Virus record (IMG/VR): IMGVR_UViG_3300012922_000007
Span: 1 to 64,000 of that record
Reading direction: 5' to 3' (one strand)
Length of the DNA: 64,000 nt
Source of the DNA: a virus
Each line of letters begins with the position of its first letter. Positions within the stretch are counted from its first letter, which is position 1. Of this stretch, positions 48,129 to 59,010 are shown piece after piece. Under the pieces are notes generated by a model. It was not told where the DNA came from. It searched no databases and saw nothing but the letters and a program-made list of their open reading frames with translations. The position numbers were made by a program, and so were the translations under genes.

Positions 48129-48135
48129 GAACTTA

Positions 48136-48726
48136 ATGGCTTTATCGGAAAAGTTGCGTAGTTTGGTTTACGAGAAAACAGGAAAAGCTGCTCACATAAA
48201 TGATTGGGCGGTCACAGCTTTTAGAAACGGGCTAGGTGGAGAGAAAGTAATGCTTGCCCGCTTCCGTGATTGGTTAGACAATAATCCGGATTCCGGACGA
48301 CCTCTACAAGACTTCCTAGATGTGTCCGATGAGTTGGCTGAGGAAAGTCCGAGGGAAATCGTCGTAGGCGGGATCATTAAACAAGACGAGGTCAAGCATC
48401 TAGGAGTTAAACTCTTTGCAATTACAGAGTTAGCATTGTCCGGAAAGAATCTACGACCGGCAGCTAACCTTCTCGACTCATATTCCGAGGAAGAGATACT
48501 CAGTGCTTTCAAATACTTCTACGTGAAACTGGATGACTTTGCGAGGAAAAATTCTTTGACCTCGTTCTTCAAAGACGGCGGCGGAGAGATAGTTATACTC
48601 AGTCTCAGGGAACAGAAAGCTCGTCAGGACGAGGTCATGCGCTTAGCCTCGGCTCCAACTGCGCCTTTGGTCGAAGCAAACGAGGTCAAGGACGAGGACG
48701 AAAATTCAATTGAGGTGGACTTTTAG
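48136..48726 (+). CDS. Hypothetical protein (replication module)
   Basis: AAGGA RBS, 196 aa, acidic tail. Confidence 0.65.
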   Translation: MALSEKLRSLVYEKTGKAAHINDWAVTAFRNGLGGEKVMLARFRDWLDNNPDSGRPLQDFLDVSDELAEESPREIVVGGIIKQDEVKHLGVKLFAITELALSGKNLRPAANLLDSYSEEEILSAFKYFYVKLDDFARKNSLTSFFKDGGGEIVILSLREQKARQDEVMRLASAPTAPLVEANEVKDEDENSIEVDF

Positions 48727-48884
48727 TCCGGAATATGGACCTACGTAAAACAGGCTAGTTCTATTCACAGAAACGAGCGTAAACCAAAGAATGGACCTAA
48801 GGACCACCCTAAGGTCAAACGTTGATTCTGTAAAGAGGAAACGCAGGGAATCATGGTGTGACAGAACTTTTAAAAGGAGATCCA

Positions 48885-49112
48885 ATGGCGAGAACACTAG
48901 ACGAGGAAATTGAACGAGCTTTAATAGAATGCGAAGCGGAAGGGGTTGATCCGAGACCATGGATGAGTGGGGACCATAAGCTATCCATGAAACACTGGTC
49001 TTTAGTCCAAAAGAAACTCAATGCCAAGTACGAGTTTAAACCTCGCAAACCATTGTCTCCAGAACACAAGGCAAAACTTAAAGCTGGGCGAGAAGCCGCG
49101 AGGTCAAAATGA
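48885..49112 (+). CDS. Hypothetical protein
   Basis: AAGGAG RBS before ATG at 48885. Confidence 0.6.
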   Translation: MARTLDEEIERALIECEAEGVDPRPWMSGDHKLSMKHWSLVQKKLNAKYEFKPRKPLSPEHKAKLKAGREAARSK

Positions 49113-49723
49113 TTACCATGCCAAAAAATTCCATCTGCAATCGTATAGGAATTACAGATTTTTTGGAAACAGATTTGCATAAATATTTGCAAAGACTTCC
49201 AAATATAACAAAAGAAGGTCCTTGGATTGCGGGCGGAGCAGTACGAAGAACTTTAACTCGTATTCCCTTGACAAGTGATTTGGATTTCTTCTTCAAGGAC
49301 GAGGCCCAAGAAAAGAAATTTGTCGAGGATATTATTCGTATTGGAGCTATTAAGAAATTTGAGAACGAGTTCAATTCTACGTGGATTATACCCGCAATTA
49401 TAGATTCTCCAGAACTTAAGATTCAAGTAATAAAATTTCGATATTATAGTAATCCTTTGGAAGTTATTGATAGCTTTGATTTTACGTTGTGTCAATTTGC
49501 GTATGATAGTGAAAATATTTATATGTCTGATTTTGCCATGTGGGATGTATCCAGAAAACGGATAGTTCCACACAAACTAACGTATGCTACAGCTAGTCTC
49601 CGTAGATTATTAAAGTATATTAATCAAGGATTTACAGTATGTAACGGAGGATTAGCAGACATCCTAAATCAAGTATCAACAAATCCACAGATAATTGAAG
49701 CCGATATAAAATACATAGATTAG
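49109..49723 (+). CDS. Nucleotidyltransferase (PolB-superfamily, CCA/poly(A) polymerase head-like)
   Basis: WIAGGAVR...SDLDFF...FDFT.CQ...R..KY...GF. Confidence 0.8.
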   Translation: MITMPKNSICNRIGITDFLETDLHKYLQRLPNITKEGPWIAGGAVRRTLTRIPLTSDLDFFFKDEAQEKKFVEDIIRIGAIKKFENEFNSTWIIPAIIDSPELKIQVIKFRYYSNPLEVIDSFDFTLCQFAYDSENIYMSDFAMWDVSRKRIVPHKLTYATASLRRLLKYINQGFTVCNGGLADILNQVSTNPQIIEADIKYID

Positions 49724-49952
49724 CATTCGAGGTCAAAATGACACAGAAACGATTCCGGTTTGTTCAAGATGATTCTTTACATTGGTATGCTATACCCGAG
49801 GACAAGCGCGAGGCGTTCGATAAATGGATTGAGTATATGTCTGATGAGAGCGACGACGAGCCATATATTAAATACAGAGGCGAGTCATTCGACGTTTTTC
49901 GCCTCGGAATGCATATAAGTAACTATACATTCACAGACTTGAAGGAGGGCAG

Positions 49953-50516
49953 ATGAACTATCTAGCAATCGACAATGAGACTGGCGGGTTAGGCGAGGTT
50001 AGTCTCCTAACTTCCTACTTCGCAGTCCTAGATTCGAACCTCCGGATTCTGGACGATTTGTATCTGTATCTCAAACCCGAGGACGGCATCTATCGAATCG
50101 AACCGCAAGCTCTTGAAATCAATGGAATTAACCTCGTGTCTCACGACAAGATCGCCGAGACTAAAAGTACAGCAGGGAATAAACTATATCGATTCCTGAA
50201 ATCTTATAGCAACGATGGAGCAGATAAGCTAATTCCCCTCGGACATAATGTCACATTCGATGTCATAGGGATATACGAGGGCATTCTCAATCGAAATATA
50301 TTCGAGAAGTTTACCTCGTATCGTAAACTAGACACAGCAGTTATTGCTCAGTTCCTTAAACTTGCCGGAAAGATTCCAGACGAGGTTAGTGGAAGTCTCG
50401 GCAGCCTCGCAACCTTCTTCGGGATTGCGAACGACAAAGCACATGACGCAAAGGCGGATGTCCTCGTAACTATCGAAGTTCTCAAATCTATGTTAAAACT
50501 TGTGGAGGGGAAATGA
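49953..50516 (+). CDS. DEDDh 3'-5' exonuclease
   Basis: IDNETGG, AL.INGI, GHNV.FD, LDT, AHDAKADV. Confidence 0.9.
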   Translation: MNYLAIDNETGGLGEVSLLTSYFAVLDSNLRILDDLYLYLKPEDGIYRIEPQALEINGINLVSHDKIAETKSTAGNKLYRFLKSYSNDGADKLIPLGHNVTFDVIGIYEGILNRNIFEKFTSYRKLDTAVIAQFLKLAGKIPDEVSGSLGSLATFFGIANDKAHDAKADVLVTIEVLKSMLKLVEGK

Positions 50517-50872
50517 ACGATATTGATAAGTACGGAGAATTCACTGTAGACTTATGGGCCAGTGGAAACTATACTATAGACACTATCTGGAATATGGAAA
50601 CACGGGTAGCAGCTGAACGATCCCTGTCAATTATGGCCTTGGGTGCTGCAGGAGAAACAGGCGAGGTCATTGAACACGTCAAGAAGTTTCTAAGAGATGG
50701 AAAGCTAGACAGAGAGGCTTTGTTGAAAGAATTCGGTGATCAAGTTTACTACTGGGCTAGACTGGTTAAGTTCTTTGGATTCTTGCCTTCGGAAGTCCTC
50801 GCAGCTAATATAGAGAAATTAGAATCGAGGAGAGCCAGAGGCGTAATTAAAGGGTCAGGTGACAACCGATGA
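50513..50872 (+). CDS. MazG-like nucleotide pyrophosphohydrolase
   Basis: LGAAGETGEV...KK..RD...KEFGD..YY...NIEKL.SR..RG.I.GSGDNR. Confidence 0.88.
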   Translation: MNDIDKYGEFTVDLWASGNYTIDTIWNMETRVAAERSLSIMALGAAGETGEVIEHVKKFLRDGKLDREALLKEFGDQVYYWARLVKFFGFLPSEVLAANIEKLESRRARGVIKGSGDNR

Positions 50873-51494
50873 AACTAGGTAAAGACTTCATTCAATGGTA
50901 TTTAAATAATCTATGCCATCATTCTGTAGATAGTATTGTAATACACGGCAAGCAAATGATGTGTCTTAGATGTGCTAGGACTATATTCATAACGAACGAT
51001 CTTTTAGAGAGATACAAGAAAGATTGCAAAGAACGCGAGGAATTTCTTAATGGTTCTTAACCTCGGACCCAGCAGATATGCCTTAGGAATCATAAATATA
51101 CAAGAAGAGATTGAGGAATACGAGAAAGAACACCGAATCTGGAGACAAGCTGGATCTGTTAGCAAACCATATTCGGACGACGATGATCCAACATATGATA
51201 TCTGGTATAGGCATCATTGGTCCAAAGAAGATCTTGCGAGGTTAAAAACAGAAAGAGAACAGGAAAAATACTACAAAACTCACAGAGTTGGATTGATAAA
51301 AATTGAGGAGTTTTAATGGGTCATGTTGTTTCTAAATTAAACTTCAAAAATGTATACATCAACATATCTCCTACTTCTTTATTTGTACACGAAGATGGTA
51401 CAAAAACAACTTTTGAAATAGAAGGAATGAAACCCGGATTTTTTATAAATGTAGATATTGAAATGTTGCAAGAAGATAAAGAGGACATAACTTA

Positions 51495-53414
51495 ATGTCA
51501 GATGAGAAAGATCTTCGTGCTTTAAAGAGTAATCCCAAAGTCCTCGAACTGTATGCTAAACACGTTCAGTTACATCGCGAGGGCAAGGGATATCGAGGAC
51601 GATGTCCTTTCGGTTCCCGACATGCTAGGGGGGAAGATCGCACACCAAGCATGGATATATGGGCGGCAGAAGACGGAAGTTTTATTTTCAAATGTCTTGG
51701 ATGCGGGTCTTCAGGCAATATTATGCAGTTTGTTATGGATACAGAAAAAGTTAAGTTCGACGAAGCAGTTTCCAGAATCCGGACTTTCCTTAAAGATACT
51801 TGGTTTGAGGGCCGAGATACAGTAGACGAAGTGTTCCGGTCTCCTGTCCTCGAAGAACCCAAGGAATTCATTACCTTCCCAATAAGTAACTGCGAAAAAT
51901 TTACTCAGGCTTTGCGCGAGTCGAAAGATGCGAGGGCATTTTTAAATAGCAGGAAGATTGACCTCGATACTGCATGTCGTCTACATGTTGGATTTCGTCA
52001 GGCGATGCCCTCGGAAGTAAACGTCCCAAACGATGTTAGAGATAAAGGCTGGTTGGTATTTCCATACATCGAGAAAGATAGGGTAGTCCGGGTCAAGTTT
52101 CGGTCCATCGTATCTAAGGTCTTTACACAACAGAGAGCAATGAAACAGCAGGGATTCTTCAACTCCAATGCGGCAGATCCCCTCAAGCCCTTGTTTTTAG
52201 TTGAAGGTGAACTCGACTGTTGTGCTTTAGAATCAGCGGGTTTCAATGCAGTTGCAATTCCAAATGCCTCGTACAAAGTAACTCCAGCAGACAAAGATGT
52301 GCTTATGTCCTCGTCTGAACTTTTTCTTTCAGGCGATAACGACCAAGCAGCCGGAACCGAGGCTATGAAAAAACTTTGGTCGGAACTCCAGGATAACGTA
52401 TATCTCTTGCAGTGGCCCTCGGATATCAAAGACGCTAATGAACTTCTTATGAAGTGCGAGGACCTCGGAGAGTTCAAGGCCAAAGTCCTCGACCTCGCGA
52501 AGAACGCCAAGGCCCAACCAATGCCGGGAGTATTCTCCTTGCAAGAAGCGATGCTAAATTCCACGAATACGGATATGGCTAATCATCCGAATCGGCTACA
52601 CTTTCCGTGGCCCTCGGTTGATTCAATGGCAATTTGTTTGCCGGGGTCGGTAGTTGCTTTTACAGCCTCATCCTCGGGTATGGGTAAGAGCCAGATGCTT
52701 ATGCAAGCTACTCTAGATTCAGCAGTTAGACACGGCGAGGTCGTTCTAAACTACCAAGCTGAAATGTCTCCGGACGAAATTGCCAACATTGTAACGGCGC
52801 ACGTCCTCGCAAAAGATCGAAATGAATTGTCCTCAAACGATTATCAGGAGGCCGCAAGACGAATTCGATGCGCAAAATATTATATCGGATGTAGCCCGGA
52901 TGCACAAAACTCAACTCAAGTTCTTGATTTAATTGAACATGCAATACGTAGACTCAGTCCTACGATTGTTGTCCTCGATCATCTGCACCATATATGTGCT
53001 AATGTTTCCAACGAGATACAAGATCAGTCCAACGCAATGAAGCGTATTAAAGGCATGGCTCAGAAATATGGATTGAAGTTTATTGTTGTCGGTCAACCTC
53101 GTAAGAGCAATCAGCAGAATCGAGGCAAAGATATTTATGCTTCGGACATCAAGGGATCAGAGAGCATCGTAAGTGCTTCAGATGCAGTGTTTATCATACA
53201 CCGGGAGATCATGAAAGACTTTGACCCAGCTCACCCGCCTTTAGATATCTTCAGTCCGGAGATAAAAATAACCCTTCACAAAGGCCGAACCAAGGGAAAA
53301 GGGGCGGCGGCATGTAGTTTAATTTTTCGAGGGAAAATAGCCACATTTGTGGATGCTTTGGAGTTAGAAGCAGGGGTTAATTTGCCCTCGAACGAGGAAA
53401 GTTTTTTCTCGTAG
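51495..53414 (+). CDS. Primase-helicase (CHC2 Zn finger, TOPRIM, SF4 helicase)
   Basis: CPF...H...FKCLGC, LVEGELD, DNDQ.AG, KDANE, SSGMGKS, VVLDHL, QPRK, DIKGS. Confidence 0.93.
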   Translation: MSDEKDLRALKSNPKVLELYAKHVQLHREGKGYRGRCPFGSRHARGEDRTPSMDIWAAEDGSFIFKCLGCGSSGNIMQFVMDTEKVKFDEAVSRIRTFLKDTWFEGRDTVDEVFRSPVLEEPKEFITFPISNCEKFTQALRESKDARAFLNSRKIDLDTACRLHVGFRQAMPSEVNVPNDVRDKGWLVFPYIEKDRVVRVKFRSIVSKVFTQQRAMKQQGFFNSNAADPLKPLFLVEGELDCCALESAGFNAVAIPNASYKVTPADKDVLMSSSELFLSGDNDQAAGTEAMKKLWSELQDNVYLLQWPSDIKDANELLMKCEDLGEFKAKVLDLAKNAKAQPMPGVFSLQEAMLNSTNTDMANHPNRLHFPWPSVDSMAICLPGSVVAFTASSSGMGKSQMLMQATLDSAVRHGEVVLNYQAEMSPDEIANIVTAHVLAKDRNELSSNDYQEAARRIRCAKYYIGCSPDAQNSTQVLDLIEHAIRRLSPTIVVLDHLHHICANVSNEIQDQSNAMKRIKGMAQKYGLKFIVVGQPRKSNQQNRGKDIYASDIKGSESIVSASDAVFIIHREIMKDFDPAHPPLDIFSPEIKITLHKGRTKGKGAAACSLIFRGKIATFVDALELEAGVNLPSNEESFFS

Positions 53415-53417
53415 AAT

Positions 53418-53454
53418 GCGCCTTTTTACCTATTTGAATCGTCCAATTAAATAG
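53418..53454 (+). promoter_or_regulatory. Phage ECF-sigma-type promoter (site 5)
   Basis: GCGCC-TTTTTACCTATFTGAAT-type 17-nt spacer (TTTTTACCTATTTGAAT)-CGTCCAATTAAATAG; heads the operon containing the lysis genes. Confidence 0.75.
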
Positions 53455-53466
53455 AAAGAACAATAA

Positions 53467-54129
53467 ATGACAATCGAAGCCATTATAGAACAACCATTTA
53501 CCGATACCGAACTCGCAGAAGCCTCTCGTCTCAAGTCTGAGATCGATGAACTCCTCGGCTCGATCACTAGCCTCGAACGAAGTCTTCTGCAGGGTTGGGC
53601 GAGGTTAAGTTCTAATCTATACGAGGTCAGGGAAAAGAAGTATTGGCTTGAATATGGGTTTAACTCCTTTGGAAAGTACATCGTGGAGATAGGGGACAAA
53701 GTTGGCAAGGGTCGGTCGCAATTGTATATGGGAGTGAGAATTGTCGAACAATTGCCCGAGGTCAGTTCCGAGGATTTGACACAGATTGGTATCTCAAAAG
53801 CTGCAGAACTATGCAAGATTCGATCTGCGGGTAAAGCCGTGCCTCGTGAACTGATCGAACGAGCTAAGCGATCCGATGTAACGATCGAAGAAGTTCGGGC
53901 CGAAGTCTTCAATACTCTTCATGCAACTCCGGAAGAACGAGGTAAGTTCTTCGATCTAAGCGGGTTCCCAGTTACGGAAGACGAGCGTCTTCTCCTCGAA
54001 CATGCAATTGAAGTTGCCAAGAGGACCCCCCCAACAGTTCGCCACGACATTCCCGAATACATGCAGAAGAAAGAATGCTTCATACGTTTTGCCATGGAGT
54101 ACCTGAGTCAATACGAGGATGGTCAGTGA
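53467..54129 (+). CDS. Hypothetical protein (helical, possibly DNA-binding)
   Basis: 220 aa; L..V....YW...GF.SF..Y and IGISKA.EL segments. Confidence 0.65.
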   Translation: MTIEAIIEQPFTDTELAEASRLKSEIDELLGSITSLERSLLQGWARLSSNLYEVREKKYWLEYGFNSFGKYIVEIGDKVGKGRSQLYMGVRIVEQLPEVSSEDLTQIGISKAAELCKIRSAGKAVPRELIERAKRSDVTIEEVRAEVFNTLHATPEERGKFFDLSGFPVTEDERLLLEHAIEVAKRTPPTVRHDIPEYMQKKECFIRFAMEYLSQYEDGQ

Positions 54130-54497
54130 AGACACGAGGTCAAAGGAATCACGTATGGGTAGAAGTGTCCGGATCTGGACTTCCAATTCGTATCATAAAA
54201 CACTGGAGCGAAGCCAGTCAGTTGCCCTCGGATCTAGTCCGATTCGTAAATAGAACTTGGGCCGTAGGAGAGATACGAAGACAAGTATTCGAGAGAGATA
54301 ATTATGAATGTAGACGGTGCGGAAAACGAGGCAATGCGCAAACTTTGGAAATGGATGAATTTATATCTAGAGGCGAGGGAGGAATGATCGGATTAGATAA
54401 TTCCTGGACCCTGTGCCACAGTTGTCACACGGGGTCCTCGACCTCGGAACATGGAAATAGGAGACTAATGTTTAGTAAGAACGAGGAACGGCGATGA
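54126..54497 (+). CDS. HNH endonuclease
   Basis: R..VFERDNYEC..CG...LEMDE..SRG.GG....DN..TLC..CH. Confidence 0.8.
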   Translation: MKTRGQRNHVWVEVSGSGLPIRIIKHWSEASQLPSDLVRFVNRTWAVGEIRRQVFERDNYECRRCGKRGNAQTLEMDEFISRGEGGMIGLDNSWTLCHSCHTGSSTSEHGNRRLMFSKNEERR

Positions 54498-55651
54498 GTT
54501 TTTGCCCTCACCATGTGTGGAGTTCTAGATATTGCCAGCAATGCACTCCAAATTCTGGAGGTGGAATCTATGTTCCTCCAAAGATATCAACCGAGGAAGA
54601 AGACCTCGAACTTAAAAAGTGGTTCTGTAAGAAGTGTTTAGGTAAGCATTTGGCAGCATACGAGGCGGGGTTATTTTGTCTGGATTGTGGACAAGAGGAT
54701 AAGGAGCGCTAAGTGGGAGCAGAGAAAAATCAACAACTTACATTAAAGAATTGGCCAAACACTGGAGTAGATACTGATCTCGAACCAGGAACGGAGCTGG
54801 TCGGAAGGACCACGTTTAGAGTTTTTTGCGATTCGCGAACATGTAAAAATTCCGTACAATGGGTGCTTGAGACAGCGGGGGAAAACGCCGAAGGCGTGCC
54901 TTGTGATGCTTGGCGAATTCTTATCCTCGAACAGTTCGAAGGCCAGAAGGAAACATTCTGTTCCAAAGAGTGTCTGATTCGTTGGTTGAAAAATTATGTT
55001 CCTCCGTTGTCTCCAAAGGAGAAAGCAATGATTGAAACTAATAATTCCAAGGTCGAAGCTAAGAAGAATATCGTCAAAGTTCCGGTTCCGGACATTCCTG
55101 GAATCGAAGAGTCTACATATGTTAAGGTTCTACGAGAGCAAACTAAAGAACGAGCGGAGTCTGCTGCGCTTAGTCAGCCGGACGGCTTCGCCGAGGAATC
55201 TTCGAATGAGTAATGAATACCTAGTAGTAGTTGAGGCAGTTGACTACGTAAATGTAGAGGCAGAAGACATAGACTCTGCAAGTAGAGAAGCAATCGAGAT
55301 CTTTAAAACTAACCCCGGTTCTGCCGCATTTAACGCAACTATCGTTCGAGAGACTAAAGACGGGGAAGATACTTTTCCTAAGGGAGAGACTGCATAATGT
55401 CTGAATTCACAGTACACGATCTTTTGAAAGATGTAATTATGAGTTCTGTTACAGACGAGGGAATGCCGGTATTTCTTATCTACGAGGAAGTTGCTTGTTC
55501 AGTAAATGACCTCGCATTTAGCTATGACCAGTTTATGGACTCTGTAGGATGCCTTGTAGAGAATAAGTATCTTAACGCAAACGAGGTTGATGGAGTTACG
55601 GAACTGTCGTTGTCTAAGGAAAACACTACGCCTAGGTTGGATGTCAATTAA
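54494..55651 (+). CDS. Cluster of coupled hypothetical ORFs (54494-54712, 54713-55213, 55206-55397, 55397-55651)
   Basis: Adjacent or overlapping start/stop codons. Confidence 0.55.
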
Positions 55652-56085
55652 TGGCGACCTTCGCAGATTTCGAGAAATCGATTGTCGCGTTAACTTGCCT
55701 TAGAGAGATGCGAGGCGAAGGAATAAATGCTATGTTGGCGGTAGCTTTTGTTCTTCGCAATAGAGCACAAGCTGGTTGGCACAGAAGCAGTCCATATCTT
55801 AACGCTATTGCAGCTAAGCAGTTTAGTTCTCTAACAATTTTAGGAGATCCTAATACTGTTTGGTTCCCCCCAGAGCCAAATGATCCGGAATTTGTTCAGC
55901 TCCTACATCTTATGGATGAAGTGTTTGATGAGAACAATCCTCGTGTAGATAATATTACTGGGAAAGCTCTTTACTATTGGGTTCCAGAGAATTCTACACC
56001 AAATGGTTGGTTTGCTAGAAATATAGCTAATAACCCAGATCATGCTCGGTGCGCGGTTATAGGTAGGACGGTTTTCTACAAATGA
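55651..56085 (+). CDS. Cell wall hydrolase (SleB/Hydrolase_2-like), probable endolysin
   Basis: REMRGEG...AVA.V..NR...QFS...T..ALYY...IG...FYK. Confidence 0.85.
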   Translation: MATFADFEKSIVALTCLREMRGEGINAMLAVAFVLRNRAQAGWHRSSPYLNAIAAKQFSSLTILGDPNTVWFPPEPNDPEFVQLLHLMDEVFDENNPRVDNITGKALYYWVPENSTPNGWFARNIANNPDHARCAVIGRTVFYK

Positions 56086-57683
56086 AAAAAATCTTCCTGG
56101 TTCTTTTCCTATTTCTAGGAACTGCATTTTCTCAGACATTCGACGGTCCGGCTGAACTGCCTCGATCCATTCCCTCGGTAGTAAGTGTTTCTCCGAATCC
56201 TTCTAAGATAATTGGGCCATCAGATAATCTTCAGGAGGCGTTGAACACCGCAGTATGCGGGGACTATTTCAGTGTACATCCGTCGTTATTGATTACTGGA
56301 GTTCTCATTCTTCCCACTCTTGCCTGCGATGACCAGCATTGGATTACTATTACTAATGGAAACATGACTGCACTTGATGCGCCCATCCGCATACATCCGA
56401 GTGTACCCATGCCGAAGATCACTGGCTCAGTGAAATCGGGATTACAGGTCAGGTTTATAGGATTTGAGGTCACTAGGACAGGAACTGGGGTAGTTACTTC
56501 GTTAATTATACCCGGATCTAACATGATCTATGATCGTCTCTATGTGCATGGTTCTCCTACTACGGAAACAGTGCGAGGAATAAACCTATCTAACTCTGTA
56601 AATGTTGCGATTATTAATTCATGGTTCAGTGATTTCCATTGTTTAGCTGTCGCAGGGGCATGTGGCGACGCCCAGGCAATTGTCGGAGGATTAAGCAACT
56701 CGCAGGACGGTAACTATCTGATCCAGAATAACTATCTAGAAGCTTCCGGGGAGAACATTTTATTCGGCGGTGGTTCTGCGACTGTAGTTCCGACAAACAT
56801 TACGATTCGATATAATGATTTTGCAAAACCTGATTCGTGGAACCCGTCCGATTCAAGCTATGCTCCAGTTGTAGGTAAAGATGGCCTTGCACATCCTTGG
56901 ATCGTGAAGAATCTGTTCGAGTTAAAGAATGCGCAGAGAGTGCTCGTCGAAGGCAATCGAATGGTTGGATCTTGGGGAGGCTTTACCCAAGCTGGAACTG
57001 CAATCTTGATGGGACCAAAGAATCAGGCCGGGGCCAACGGTACGAATCTGTGCTCAATTTGTTCTGTTGAAGATGTGACGTTCCGGAACAACTGGATATC
57101 TAAGACAGGTGGAGCTTTAGTTATTGGATATGGGGCTTCGGATAACGGTGGGTGGCCTACGGCATCAGATCGATTCTCAATTCATGATAACCAGTTTGAT
57201 AGGTTGCAGTATGCAACATGTTCCCAGTGTACTCATTACCTAATCCAGATTGGATCGGGGTATGATGCAGTTCATCCCCCGCCCTCGGTTCTACATGATG
57301 TCAGTATTAAGAACAACGTGTTTTATTTGGATGGAACTGGGTGGCTTCCGCCTCGACCTACCGATGGTGCGGCACACGGGTTCCTTATAGTTAGTGCCCC
57401 TCCAGGAGGAATATTCAATATAGTTTACGAGAACAACGTTCAGCCGGGTGGCAGCAATCCGATCTCTTCCACGGGCGGTGGTTCAAATAACTGCTTTACG
57501 AATCAGTTGAAATCGTATAGCGCCGGGTTAGCCTTATGCTGGACAGGTTCATCCTCGTTCACTGGGAATGTAATCTTCACACAAGGTAGTTTTAATACGA
57601 CTTGGCCAGCAGGAAACTATCCAATTCCAGTAGGCAGTAATCAGAATACGCTTCAATTACAGTTAGGAAATAGAAAACCATGA
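56082..57683 (+). CDS. Secreted right-handed beta-helix (pectin-lyase-like) protein
   Basis: Signal peptide, DGPAELPR, and repeated I.NN beta-helix rungs (NNYLEASGENILFGG, VKNLFELKNA.RVLVEGN). Confidence 0.8.
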   Translation: MKKIFLVLFLFLGTAFSQTFDGPAELPRSIPSVVSVSPNPSKIIGPSDNLQEALNTAVCGDYFSVHPSLLITGVLILPTLACDDQHWITITNGNMTALDAPIRIHPSVPMPKITGSVKSGLQVRFIGFEVTRTGTGVVTSLIIPGSNMIYDRLYVHGSPTTETVRGINLSNSVNVAIINSWFSDFHCLAVAGACGDAQAIVGGLSNSQDGNYLIQNNYLEASGENILFGGGSATVVPTNITIRYNDFAKPDSWNPSDSSYAPVVGKDGLAHPWIVKNLFELKNAQRVLVEGNRMVGSWGGFTQAGTAILMGPKNQAGANGTNLCSICSVEDVTFRNNWISKTGGALVIGYGASDNGGWPTASDRFSIHDNQFDRLQYATCSQCTHYLIQIGSGYDAVHPPPSVLHDVSIKNNVFYLDGTGWLPPRPTDGAAHGFLIVSAPPGGIFNIVYENNVQPGGSNPISSTGGGSNNCFTNQLKSYSAGLALCWTGSSSFTGNVIFTQGSFNTTWPAGNYPIPVGSNQNTLQLQLGNRKP

Positions 57684-59010
57684 TTAATACTGATGCAGAT
57701 CTTAGAAACGTTTACAAACGGCTGTCTTTATCTATGACAGGAGGTACTATGTGTCCAGTTCCGGACAACACTTCGGATAGGATCGAGGTCTTTGCCTCGC
57801 CCTCGGGAAGCACAATCGTATTCTGCGGACGATGTAATGACAATACATATTCCGGACAACCCGCGTGTTGTAAATTTATGATTGACATGTTAACCAAGTA
57901 TTTTGGGGGTAGAGAATGTACGTCCTTGTCCTGTATATAAAAAGACAACCAGATCAGTTAATTGGAAAACCTAAGACTTATAACGAGGCGTTTCGTAAGT
58001 ATGAGAAATTGACCTCGCAGTATCCCGACCGACGATACGCATTGAGGAGAGTATGAAGGCCAAGGACCGTTGCAAGGATTACTGTCAAGGTGATCGATGT
58101 AAACTTGAGCCGGGGCACGGAGATTCGCACGTCGGTAATTTTGTTGCGTGGGATCGTGCTGATGCTCCAATGGAACTTTATCCTCGTGAACATCGGAGGA
58201 ATCGCCTCGCAGCTAAACAAGATCAACAGCAGAAGTCTTGGATTAAAAATATGACTTTGATGATTCGCCTCGGAGCTTTAGCCGAGATTTACCTCAAACC
58301 ATTTATGAAGGAGCCGGAGGAGAAATGACGATAGAAGAAAAGAAGATTCTACTTGAGTTTGTTACTTCTAATACATTTCATGATTCTATGATGAGCACGG
58401 ACAAGATCTTGAATGTAAAAGCTTTGATAGAATTATTCTCAAGTCCGACGCTAGCAGAACAATTGATTCTAGATAATCCGAATCCACGTCCGAAACCCGG
58501 ACAGCTTTTGCCCCGTTAGGAGACGATTGTGCTATATCAAAATCGCACATGGACCTGCCCCGCTAGCAGTAATACAGATGATAAGACTTGGGACTTTGCA
58601 TTCTTGAGCAAGTCAGAGTTTATGGAACGTTACTCGGTGACTGAAAAAGAATATAATGATCTCGCATTGAAAGGCACGAAGTGATAGAGAATATTGCCCT
58701 CGTATTCTCCTCAGTCATTATCGGCGGAGGACTAATGTACGGAGCTATTTATTGCTATGGAAGGATTGCCCATTGGAAGGCTTTGTACGAGCAGTCTGAA
58801 GATGATTTTGAGGAAGTCCTCGTACGAGCAACCAAGGCCGAGAGAGCGGCGCAGGCAACAACAGACAAATACGTGGCGATAACTGAATTGATAAAGGCGC
58901 AGATGGAAAGACCGGTAGTTTGCGCTCTAACGGAAACTCAGATACAGACTATCGCCTCGGTTCTTTCTCAGTTGGTTATGGTTAACCAAGGAGTTAATAG
59001 GCTTAACTAA
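57680..59010 (+). CDS. Cluster of small hypothetical ORFs (57680-57940, 58053-58328, 58325-58519, 58681-59010 TM plus coiled coil)
   Basis: Packed ORFs, several with RBSs or coupled starts. Confidence 0.5.
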
